A DNA stretch of 16,600 nt, from contig JANKJI020000001.1 in the NCBI GenBank assembly GCA_024626585.2, forward strand, positions 19,568,492 through 19,585,091, given 5' to 3'. Source of the stretch: Ginkgo biloba. Lineage: Eukaryota > Plantae > Ginkgophyta. The position numbers and the translations under genes were made by a program. The notes below the pieces were generated by a model. It saw only the letters and a list, made by a program, of their open reading frames with translations, was not told the DNA's origin and made no database searches. Numbering within the stretch: the first letter of the stretch is position 1; each line of letters opens with the position of its first letter. Shown piece after piece: positions 1 through 11,067 of the stretch.

Positions 1-829
1 TTGTGCTTTCTATGATGAATAAAAGGACTTGGATGGATTTCCCCATATTCGTGTATAGTGTAATGGATAAGAATGTGTTATGTATGTGTTGAACGCGGAA
101 TCTTAGAGTAGGGATTAACTGTAAACCCGTTAGGCACACACGTGCTTAACACCCCATCCACTATAAAATAACAACAGTACAATCTAGCCCAAATCCAATT
201 AGAACCCATTTGTCTATTGCACCAAGTGACTTGTTCTCTACTGAGCCCCTTTCCCCCTTTCCTAGGGCAGTGTCCATGAAGCCTAGAGAGAACTTGCAAT
301 TTGTCCATGCTTCAAGCTTCACAAAGGACATAGTGCTTAGGTGATCTCCCAAATTATCATTGTTCTCCTCCATCGTATTGAAATCTCCACAAATGATCCA
401 AGACACAATAGGCAAAAACTCTACCATCCAATTCTATAATAAGATTCTTCCCTAAATGTCATTAGGAGCATAAACACTCGCAACCCCTAAAGTGCCTTGA
501 TTTAATTCAAACACAACTCGAGCAACATGATTACCTATCTCGGTGCCCTGAAGAATTAAATTAGCTTTCATTCAACCAAGGAAACCTAGCACTACACCTC
601 CATAGCCATCTGAGTGATTGGTGGCAACATAATTTGTCAACCCCCAACTCGTCTTATCATTGGTCTCAACATAAACCCTTGCATTTTAAACTTCCTCGAG
701 AGCCAAGAAGTCTAGAATCCAAACTACAAAAAATATAGAGGATTTCAAAATTGTCCTTCATTGGGGAATATAAGGTCCCCTAGCATTCCACGAAAAAATA
801 GAGTTTTNNNNNNNNNNGACTATCTCCAT
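1..829 (-). mobile_element. Degenerate L1-type LINE, ORF2 N-terminal APE-like (EEP) endonuclease relic
   Basis: Motifs occur in the expected order on the minus strand: ATG at 829, IFSWNARG (~800-777), DFLALEEV (LQE-type motif), DGYGGVV, GVASVYAPN, WIICGDFN (~378-400), TWCNRQ, WARLY (RLDR-type motif). Multiple stops and frameshifts are present. It continues past the window start. Confidence 0.88.
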
Positions 830-2229
830 GGACTTTCTTAAAGAGCTATGAACCGTCTGCCTCTTAAATGCATTTCCCTCTTCACTCAAGACTTGAAATC
901 TATTATAGGAAGCAGAGGCAAGAAAATAACCCAAAGGAGACCGTGCTATACAATTTTATTTTTCTTCCTAGCCAAACCACTTACCGTAGTCTTATTTAAA
1001 GCATTATGTGGTTCAAATTTGCCTTCCTAAGAAACCCCTTTGCTCCTTTTTTATATTAAGGGCATATGCAAAAGAAAGATCTCTAAAACTTGGCTAATAC
1101 TCACAATTGCATCTATTTCCTTCAACAGGGCTATCTTGTCTTGAATTTGTGGTTGCAAACTAGATACAATCATTTGTATTACAGACAAGACAATTGTGTA
1201 ATGTATGCTACTTGGCCTCAAGATTCAATAGTGGTTACAACAAGTAGTTCAATGACAAAATGCATTAAACTAGTGTTTGTCATTCTACAAGGATTTTGTG
1301 TATTACACTATGGTAGTTCTCTCAAGTTAAGATCAAAAACTTCCTTCATTNNNNNNNNNNNNNNNNNNNNNNNNNNNNNNNNNNNNNNNNNNNNNNNNNN
1401 NNNNNNNNNNNNNNNNNNNNNNNNNNNNNNNNNNNNNNNNNNNNNNNNNNNNNNNNNNNNNNNNNNNNNNNNNNNNNNNNNNNNNNNNNNNNNNNNNNNN
1501 NNNNNNNNNNNNNNNNNNNNNNNNNNNNNNNNNNNNNNNNNNNNNNNNNNNNNNNNNNNNNNNNNNNNNNNNNNNNNNNNNNNNNNNNNNNNNNNNNNNN
1601 NNNNNNNNNNNNNNNNNNNNNNNNNNNNNNNNNNNNNNNNNNNNNNNNNNNNNNNNNNNNNNNNNNNNNNNNNNNNNNNNNNNNNNNNNNNNNNNNNNNN
1701 NNNNNNNNNNNNNNNNNNNNNNNNNNNNNNNNNNNNNNNNNNNNNNNNNNNNNNNNNNNNNNNNNNNNNNNNNNNNNNNNNNNNNNNNNNNNNNNNNNNN
1801 NNNNNNNNNNNNNNNNNNNNNNNNNNNNNNNNNNNNNNNNNNNNNNNNNNNNNNNNNNNNNNNNNNNNNNNNNNNNNNNNNNNNNNNNNNNNNNNNNNCA
1901 CAACTTTGGGAATTGGACAATGATCACATGTAACCACAAGCAATCGTGTTTGAATGATTTAGTATGTAATTAATATAAATATTAGTTGAGGTGGCAATAT
2001 AACCACAAAACTAAATAGAAGTGAATTGAAGAGCAAATGGAGGAGAAAGAGCATTGAAGAGGCCATTAACAAAGGAGGCTATAAAGTGCAGGGAAGGAAG
2101 AGGTCCTCCTGATANNNNNNNNNNNNNNNNNNNNNNNNNNNNNNNNAATTTGAATTTGGCTTCTACCCAATTACTACAATATTGATGTATCCATGTAAAG
2201 ATTCCTTCATGTTTGTAGCCCATCAAGAT

Positions 2230-2900
2230 ACAATGCAACACATCTCTCAAGCTTCCCTAAGGACCTCCATGGCCTCTTCTCACTCTACAACCTCTTGTTA
2301 ACTTGCACAGCATCAATAAAGCAATTCAAATTCCATCCACCTTCTATCATCATGTCACAATTTAGTTGTTAATAGTTTGAGCATGAATTTATTATTTATG
2401 TATCTCACGAGGCCCTCTAAGTCTCCATGCTAAAATGCAACTTTTTTTAGATCCCCATTTGTCATATTCCTTGGTATATGATGTTTGACTTATGCAAGAC
2501 CTACATCTTTAATTGCATGCTCTTAGTATCATTCTTCTTGGTTTTGTCAATACGCAATACGTTGTGCATGCAAGCATCCCACTTGAAGCTTACCACACTT
2601 AGCAAATCATGCCCTCAATAGTGAACTCAAAGCATTGTCGACTTGCATGCAATCACCCTTCATGCTCTTATTTTGTTTCCTATGGTTTTCCTAATGTCTC
2701 CTTTTGATTTCTCAAAGGTACTAAAAGCCTATCAGCTTGTTGAAGGACTATAAAGGGGGTAAACATTTTCTTGCCTTTTCATGAACTATTTTTTGAATCC
2801 TAGCTTTTGCCCAATGCCTCCATATTTCTCAAGGACCTCAATGACCTTTTAATGCCTATAGCTATGAACATATATCAATATTCCCTAGTGCTATCTACTA
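2230..2900 (-). pseudogene. Possible heavily decayed pentatricopeptide-repeat (PPR) gene fragment
   Basis: Minus-strand pieces resemble PPR motif consensus: SFNKLIG; SMKGDCMQVDNALSSLLRA*FAKCGKLQVGCLHAQ; MILRAC; and the repeated helix-B-like KVIEVLEK and EEAMEVLRE. It is fragmented by stops and indels, and was recognised by eye only. Confidence 0.35.
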
Positions 2901-4868
2901 GACATGAACATTACCTCTACACAGTCCCTTAGCCCCAACATTGGTAAAATATCTATGTTAAAGTATGATTAGAAACAAGTGATATCATCCATTAACGGTC
3001 ATCTTCTCCTCTAAGCATATTTGGTCATATGGCCTTTAAACTCTTTTTTTTAATTCATAACTTCAAGTTGAACCCTTGTTCATTTTCACATTTCACACAA
3101 CTAGAATCAAAATAGTTTAATGCTACTAAAATTTTGTAATCATCATTGCTCATTCTATTCTATTTGAATCAAGTTTATTAAGATTTCAGTTGTAATTGGT
3201 GTACTTTCTAGAGAACCTACTTATTATCCTTGATTAGACCTTATGTCACACAAGAGACACCTATTTATCATAATCTATTGTGTGTTGCACAAAATTCAGT
3301 CAACTTTTATGTTAACGAGGACCAAGACTTTTTATCAAAGGCAAGTAATTGATCATGCACTATTACTACAATCTTCACAAGCATGAATATCGTAAATGTT
3401 ATCATAAATATTACTGATTAATAATACAAATATGACAACATAAACATAATGCAGAATTCAAATTGGTTCCCATCTACATGCACACCAAGCCAAGAACAAA
3501 GCATCCACCCAACAAGGTTGTAGGCATGATCACCATCTAAGGTCATGTAGGCATCTCCGACATTGTAAACTAGAAATCATCAATGAACTCATCCATTGAG
3601 GTTAGCATGGTTATCATGTAGATTTGACTATCGCCTAAAAAGTACGCATGATGCTATAGACAACAATAGAGCCACAAATGTGGCCTCCACATACGGTTGA
3701 CACCCAGGATTGTAGGTCACTCATCTAAGCAAGAAAACCAGGCACTAGCCCATATAAGGGCTGTGTCAAAGTTGGAGGTGTGACCACCACATAGGATCAA
3801 CTCCAAGCCACAACAGGAAACAAAACACGCAACGAATTATAAAGAGAAGTAGCAAAGTTTTGAAATGATTTTTAGTATCAATTCATTTCAACGAGTGAGA
3901 ATAGTTCAATCATTTAAAAACTAAATTTTAAATAGCATAATTTTAAATCTAAGAATGTATGATTCACTTAAATGATTGATAATTTTATCAAAAAAAATTT
4001 GAGGAAAAGGTAAGGGCAAAATTTACCACTCGAGGCTCCGTGTTAAATGCAGTAAAAATGGTTTGATGTGAAAACTTTAAAAAAGATATCTGCCAAGGTC
4101 CCATATAGGACTACCACCAGCAGTGTGTACAATGCATAGTTGGAACTTCAGGAATTTAAAATGTTTTCAGGATTTAGTGTTGAGAAGGCAATAGACATCA
4201 ACATATGGCACTTGCTTTACAGCCTTTTACAAGACACTGAAAATCTGGAGGAAAGTAAAGCTCATGCTCAAGTTTGTATTATATTATATGCTGTTTGTAT
4301 TGTATTATGTGCTAAACAGAAGCTCGCTGCCCATGACCATGTTACTCCAAAAGGTCCAAAATATAATCAGTCTACACTAATGCTGAGGCAAAGATCACAT
4401 TTGCATAATGCGAACTTCTGAAAGGTCAAAGACACTGTATAATGCTATTTCCAATTTGTAAACAAGATCTTTAAGAATCTTGGGGAACAAATTTCTGAAA
4501 TAGCATATAAACAGAGGATGGGGCCAAAATTTAATACCACTCACAATAAATTTACCCACTACAGTAATGTCTCCATGTTGAATCAGCATGTACAAAAACT
4601 GGATGTAAATAAGCAGCCTGTATGNNNNNNNNNNNNNNNNNNTAACAAATTGACCTCCAAAAAATGCCCAGCCAAAATGATTGGGCACTTCAGAATGGTG
4701 TTGCCCATATCCAAGATGACTGCAGATAAACAAAACAAAATGCTGCTCACTCAAGAAATTGAACCAATCAACACAAAGAAGAAACATCTGTAAGAAAATG
4801 CTATAGACAAGTAATGAGGCTCCTGTGCATTCATCAATATTTTACAAACTTACTTTGAGAACCACCAA

Positions 4869-4994
4869 TCATTCATTTTTTATGAAGTGAGGATTCATAA
4901 GCTTTGCAACCTCAAGAAACCCAACTCGTTCCCTCCCTGCAAAGATGCTCTTGAGATTCTCATCACACACAATCTCTTTCTTGTTTGCAGGATC
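4869..4994 (-). CDS. Exon 2 (terminal coding exon) of the SWIB-domain gene
   Basis: The minus strand reads ...atatctacAG|GAT CCT GCA AAC AAG..., translating DPANKKEIVCDENLKSIFAGRERVGFLEVAKLMNPHFIKNE*. This is the C-terminal half of SWIB (DPxNKxxIxCDExLKxIF...F.E..KL..PHF). A phase-0 join with exon 1 restores the conserved LQDP. The stop TGA is at 4871-4869. It is too short for the ORF track. Confidence 0.93.
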   Translation of the reverse strand, partial: DPANKKEIVCDENLKSIFAGRERVGFLEVAKLMNPHFIKNE

Positions 4995-6574
4995 CTGTAG
5001 ATATTTCACCAAAAAATAATCTTTAATCACAGGTCTGAAATGAGGAGTCAGATCTTGATCATGGTCTGAGTGATTGGTAGGATTTGATTAATAACTATGA
5101 CTAACATAAAGGGAATAAAAGTTATAATGCCAGGAGATAATAAGATGGTGAAAAAAGGCAAGAAAAGAACCATCTCCACAGGCAATTAGAGAATGCATCT
5201 ATTTTAAACAAATTGCANNNNNNNNNNNNNNCTTTATGTTGGGTTCATTCCTTATACAGCAGCTTAAATAGCACATCTCAACTCATAACTAACAATAGAT
5301 AGCTTGAATCTGACCTGCTATAATAGCACACACCTCAGCAGCGTTGACACTCCTGCATATAGAGTGACCGACAGGCAAACAAAAAGCAAATGGGCATTAC
5401 TCAGACCCTGCACAAAAGCCTTAAACACCTGCAATCTAGACCTTGCACCTGCAATATCCTATGACTCACTCTCTTGACCTACAACTTCACTGCAAGTGCA
5501 TTTAGATGCATTGCTATGTGTCATTCCATTAAGTATATTCAGCAAAATTCAATTTGGGGCCGTCTGGACATCAGGAAATAATCTGGGCATCGCATGCCCG
5601 CCAATGCTCCATACATGAGTAATGAGGCCTCAGCAGGCCTAAAGCCTGCATTAGGTAGATCACACTATTACAGTAGTGAATTACACCATTTTCCACTAAT
5701 TTGTCATGATACAAACTAAAGCCAGGGCCAAATTAATTATGACAAAAAATTCCAAGTTCAACTAGAAAACCGAAGGTCAACCACTAGAAAATCATCCATC
5801 TGAATTGAAACAAGATGGAAAATTAGTTAAGTGCTGTCTTATTATTTTTTTCTGGTTTGAAAATTTCGGAAGAGCAAGAAAGCATGTCCGTAAGTACAAA
5901 CTGACGGTTTGCATACATGCGGTTGTTCATGTTCAAAAAATGTAACAAGCTAGAATAGTAGATGGTAGCAGTCAATAATTTGACTTTGTCATAAGGGGAA
6001 AATAAGCAGCTCAAGGGGTGCATGCATTTAAGACTGAGCATTGCTCAAGACAACTAATCCAGGAGCAAGGGTGCCTGTCCAGAAGTCCTTTCCTTCCAAA
6101 TTGCATTGAGAGTGCTCAGAGTGTCTCCTGGGATGGTCCAAAGAATTTAATATTGTTCTTACTACCTGATCCAAAAGCAGAGTATAAGACTGAAGAAGAA
6201 GCCACTGAAGTGACATTACAAATTTCTGTACAATTGCAGTAATTCCGACGCCATCCACAAGTTTTGGTCTCTACTGCAACATTACCATTTGCATGGAAAT
6301 TTTCCTGAGATGCATAATGCAAGGCTAAAAATATAGCCAGACTTATATTTACAGCAGTCTTTGGAGAAGAGAATAATCCAGAGCAGCATGTACATCCTAC
6401 TAGGAGGGCTTGTATCCTCCCAGAATATGGAAACAAGATGATGCAATCCAAGTTGCACGGAATATAAAGAGTCGNNNNNNNNNNNNNNNNNNNNNNNNNN
6501 NNNNNNNNNNNNNNNNNNNNNNNNNNNNNNNNNNNNNNNNNNNNNNNNNNNNNNNNNNNNNNNNNNNNNNNNNN

Positions 6575-7895
6575 AAACAAGCGATCCCAAGGGGCACACC
6601 CAAAGACTCTACATGCAAGGACTAACAAGGAGCAAACCGAAGAAACCAAGAAGGGTGAAGAGCATGATCAAGGCACATCTAAGTCTCACCAGACTTCGAC
6701 AGGAGTGGTGGTAACAACGCCTCCGATGATACAGCTATTAACATCTCTTCCCCCAACCTTTCCACAATCAACGAGTCAAGATCTATTACTCTCTTACTGG
6801 AGCCAAAATCCTCCCAAGACAGAGCAAGCACAAGAGCTACATGAAGATCTAGTTCCCCCTCCTAAAGTCGAGAAAGTTAGGGAGATTTAATGCCTCGGTG
6901 TGCATAGTAGATGGGGTTTTGTCCCCCAAGTCAATTGGCCTATTAATCTCGAGCACTGCTCAAGACTTAACTTCTAGAGTCCAAGAGCTCAAATTAGAGT
7001 TGATCCTCCAAGCAAATCAATCGCAAAAAGTGAGGGCACAATTAAGTGACAAAATCTCCATGTTGACTTCGAAAATCAACAAATTAAATGTCTAGCCTAC
7101 GGAGGACAAATCGACAACACCTATAGAGGTCCCAAGTGGCATTCAACCTTATGTAGATTTGTTGAAACAAAAGGCCAAAGTTTTAAAGAAGTTTTCTCTC
7201 GCGTCATCAGTCAAAGACGTAGAATGCTCCGAAGTGATATCCAATTATGCTACCCTTCAACTTATGTGTGCGATATTGAAAAGACAACTNNNNNNNNNNN
7301 NNNNNNNNNNNNNNNNNNNNNNNNNNNNNNNNNNNNNNNNNCGTCTAAGATATTCATAGGCTAAGAGTGATCTCGACCCAACAAGTGGATGTCACCAAAC
7401 AACAAGTGATTCAAGAAAGGCAAAATGTCTCTAAAATTAAGGAACAAATTCAGAAAGAGATCAAAAGTCTACCAAAATGTCTCAATCTATGGAGGCTAGT
7501 TTGCCTGAGCTATTGGCAACCCACACACAATTGGCCATTAAGAAGGTGTTGTTGGATGAAGGGTACCAGGAAATAGCCAAGGTCCTAGACNNNNNNNNNN
7601 NNNNNNNNNNNNNNNNNNNNNNNNNNNNNNNNNNNNNNNNNNNNNNNNNNNNNNNNNNNNNNNNNNNNNNNNNGAAATCACTTTCCAAAGGCAAGTGGGA
7701 TTGAATCAATTGGCGCGACAAATAAAGACCTTAGTGAGAAAACCCGCGGATGTCCTGGACAACACTCTACAATTCATCGAGTTGGAGAAACAGGAAATCA
7801 AGAGTTATCTCAACAAGCAAGGGCATCAGCTTCATTGACTCTAGAAATGAGGCAAGCTCAGGTCAAACTAGCTCTCCTGTTCGAGAAGAAAACAA
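6575..7895 (+). pseudogene. Decayed coding relic (low-complexity N-part plus coiled-coil-like segments), probably a retroelement accessory ORF; family unknown
   Basis: Consecutive plus-strand frames with helical E/K/Q/L-rich character are broken by a few stops and frameshifts: TNKEQTEETKKGEEHDQG...; DLTSRVQELKLELILQANQSQKVRAQLSDKISMLTSKINKL; KQQVIQERQNVSKIKEQIQKEIK; LNQLARQIKTLVRKPADVLDNTLQFIELEKQEIKSYL. It is bounded by N gaps and is less AT-rich than its flanks. Confidence 0.5.
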
Positions 7896-8899
7896 NNNNN
7901 NNNNNNNNNNNNNNNNNNNNNNNNNNNNNNNNNNNNNNNNNNNNNNNNNNNNNNNNNNNNNNNNNNNNNNNNNNNNNNNNNNNNNNNNNNNNNNNCCTAT
8001 GTTAAACCAACCTATTAATAAATGCCCATATTCTAATGTATTCATCTCAATTACATTCCCAACAATAAAAAATATTACTATGGGGACTAAAGAAATACAA
8101 TGAATAATCAATTCTCTAAGCAATGCATTTTCCAAAATTTAATTTCCACATAGTCTAATGTAATTCAATTATTTGAAGTGCATCATGTTAATATGCAACA
8201 AGAAATACCCCATGTGGTATAGTAATGACCTAATAAAAATCAATCACCATTAGTACTCAACCACTTATAGAGTATGNNNNNNNNNNNNNNNNAATAGTGC
8301 TTCTTGACCAGTGTTATTAGTATGTCATAAATTATCAACCTAGGAGTTCATAAACTTAGAGTATCATGAAAGTCAAAATCCCAATCCAAATGTTTCAAGT
8401 GTACAAAGAGGATACATCTCTAGAAATTCACTTATAATTAAAATTTAAAGAACTAACAAAAATGCTAAAAAGAATTAATACTGCCAATTGATAAAATAAA
8501 ATTTAAATAACAACTATAAGAAAAACTATACAAAGATAACCCAAGTGCTATGTGATAGCAGGGGGTACCATCCACCCAGCTTCATCATGGTTCAGAGTAC
8601 CCAAAATTTTAGGCAGTATTTTAGTATGGGAACAAAATATTGCCTATCCTTTCCATTAAAAAAAAAAAATTATACATGAAGGGGAGAGCGAATGGTTGCA
8701 TAATAATAACATGTTCCTCTCATAGATGATTATGATTCACCTATAAATAATTTTAACAAACATTCAATGTTAGTTCACCTATATTTAAAATACAGGTATT
8801 CTGTCAATAGACAAAAACATTGCACATTTCAACAAAGACGACCGGACTTCTAACTGAGTCGTCACTTAACATGAAAACGACTTCATATTTACACTCAAT

Positions 8900-9750
8900 A
8901 AAAAGGTTGCATCCAAAAAATTATCTTCGACACCGATGGCTTCTTCTCTTGTATTGATCCTTTGATAGTTGATCAAGCACATTGTGGTATGCATCCAATT
9001 TCACCACTATTATAAAATTAAACTCTTCAAACAACAACAACCATCGACTAATGAGTCCTTGGAGAATAGGTTTGTTGATTAGATAAAGCAATGCTTGACA
9101 GTCAAAAGAGAATGTAAAATCCATAGCCAATAGTGACAAAATTTTTGAAGTGAAGACACCATTCCTAACCCTTCTTGTTCAGTGACTACATGATTCCTTT
9201 CAACGGATGACAACTTTCGACTTGAGAATTATATCAAATGATCTACATTGGCATCTCCAAGTTGTGCCCACACTCCCAATGGCGTTCAAAGATGCATCAA
9301 CATGGACATGAAAATCTTTATTCCAAGCTGGAAACCATAGGATTAGCACATTTACCATTTTGTCTTTAGTGCATCAAAGGCCATTTGGTGCTCTAATGTC
9401 CATGTAAATGTGGAATCTTTCTTCAAAAGTTGGACCAATGGTGTTGCAATGTGGGCATAGGTACAAATGAATCGTAGGTAGTATCTTGTAAGTCCAAGGA
9501 ATACTTTCAGTTACTTAGGAGTAGTCTATGCTAGGAACCTTGTGATTAATGCAACTTTGGCTGGGTCAATTAACAATCCTTCCTTTGTGACAATATAACC
9601 AAGTAAGTTGCCAAAGGGCACCATGAACTGACATTTCTCCAAGTTAAGACATAGCCCACCCTCACGACAAACTTGTAACATTTTTTGCAAGTCGATCAGA
9701 TGGTTGTTGAGCAAGGAATAAATTGTCCAATCATCCCAAAAAAGTTGAAA
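8900..9750 (-). mobile_element. Degenerate Ty3/gypsy pol fragment (RT C-terminus, connection, RNase H) inside the SWIB intron
   Basis: Minus strand gives FWDDWTIYS (YxDD motif), LCLNLEKCQF...LLGYIV...DPAKV, FLGLTRYYLRFI, PLVQLLKKDSTFTW, FHVHVDAS, SRKLSSVERN...EQEGLGMV, DCQALLYLINKP...ISRWLLLFEEFNF. It contains stops and frameshifts. Confidence 0.93.
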
Positions 9751-10336
9751 TGGTGAAGAATTATTTATTGGAAGGTGGAAAGGACATTAGTTAATCTGAA
9801 GGAGATGACTTTATAGGGACAAGTCCCCCATTCTGTAATGAGTGTTGCCTTCAACGAATCTTTCAGCACGATACTCACTTGAGAACTGCCTCTGTATTCA
9901 CACCCAGTAACCTATACTTTCCAAGTCAAAATATTCAAAGGTATAAATCTTAGTGCACAATACATATGGAAGTTCATAGACCTCCTTTTCCTAAGAACAT
10001 ATGCAATTCATGCTTCTACATTATNNNNNNNNNNNNNNNNNNNNNNNNNNNNNNNNNNNNNNNNNNNNNNNNNNNNNNNNNNNNNNNNNNNNNNNNNNNN
10101 NNNNNNNNNNNNNNNNNNNNNNNNCATGAGACTACACTTTCCTGCTTATACTCCTATTTTTGTCCGTTCTTGAAAGAAATCATGAGTCCCATGAGACAAA
10201 AGTTGTCTCTTGGCAGCTCCATATGCGCTCTACAGACTATGCTGCATGAAATCCAAAACCAGTATGGGACCTCTAGGTAAGCTTCAGTATTCTAGAAGCA
10301 AGGGATCTCATAGGATCACCAGAAATGCCTGGCTAG

Positions 10337-10360
10337 CCCCCCCCCCCCCCCCCCCCCCCC
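10337..10360. repeat. Poly-C homopolymer, at least 24 nt (poly-G on the SWIB sense strand)
   Basis: 24 consecutive C, immediately followed by a 10-N gap. Confidence 0.85.
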
Positions 10361-11067
10361 NNNNNNNNNNACAGCCCCTTCACAAAAAGAGCAGTTTAGC
10401 CTAACGGTTGCTAAAACGGGGGTGCCAAGACTCTTTCCCGCCAACTTGGAGGATATTGGGAAGTAAAGTCTCTACTCATGAAAATTCCTTTGAACATTAG
10501 TCCAAAATGCCGGGCAGAATAACTCAACAATGCTTAGCCATTTTGCAATGTAACCCGGGAACAGATTTATTAAGCTCCTCACGAAGGCAGAGAAAATAGA
10601 AGGCCTTCCGATGCTACCACACGCTTCTATAAAGATCTGTCACAAGTCCAAAAACCTGAGGGATTTACCTTTCCAACTACTTATAGTAGCTCGGGTGTGC
10701 TGCGACCCCCTCCTTTAGCAGCCATAAAAGAGAACCCATAAGTTTCCTGCACTCAAAGTTTGACAGGACAAGCTGAGAGCAACAGGGGCTAAAAGCTGCA
10801 CTTCCTCTGACCACATGAGCCCAAGGGCATACTTTCCAATGCCCAACATCGTTCACGTCCCACCATGGGTTTGCACCCTTAAACCAACCATGTGACCGTG
10901 TCCATAGGCACAGTAAAAGTGAAAACCTAGAATGTTTATGAAGCAACCCACTGCAGAAAGAAAGAAACTGGAAGACAATGCAGAATATGAAGAGGATTTT
11001 GTAGATGCCAGGCGCTATTCAGTAGAATAAATACAACCATGAACTGGGAATCGAACACCCTACCTAC

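Larger units (their letters stand above)
4995..11067 (-). other. ~6.07-kb GT-AG phase-0 intron of the SWIB gene, containing TE relics
   Basis: Donor GTAGGT at 11067 and acceptor CTACAG ending at 4995. Splicing gives a contiguous SWIB domain with no residues missing at LQ|DP. The length is approximate because of internal N gaps. Confidence 0.88.

Noticed and set aside
1090-1943. Long ORFs (195-277 aa) in the ORF track
   Set aside because: They are artefacts of reading through a 550-N gap. The same applies to 14980-15657 and the other X-filled ORFs.
4140-4793. Short ORFs downstream of SWIB exon 2
   Set aside because: They have no motifs or coding-like composition and are more likely 3' UTR or intergenic DNA.
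5310-5480. Cluster of minus-strand TGCAG|GT motifs (CACCTGCAAT repeated twice), resembling recursive splice sites
   Set aside because: They lack polypyrimidine tracts and have poor donor consensus after GT. A short local duplication explains them.
10677-10946. 89-aa minus-strand ORF in the proximal intron, considered as a possible extra exon
   Set aside because: It has no recognisable domain, and the SWIB domain is already complete with the direct LQ|DP join.
11044-11062. B-box/T-loop-like GTTCGATTCCC on the minus strand just after the donor site
   Set aside because: There is no T-stem pairing, A-box or cloverleaf; it is an isolated motif.
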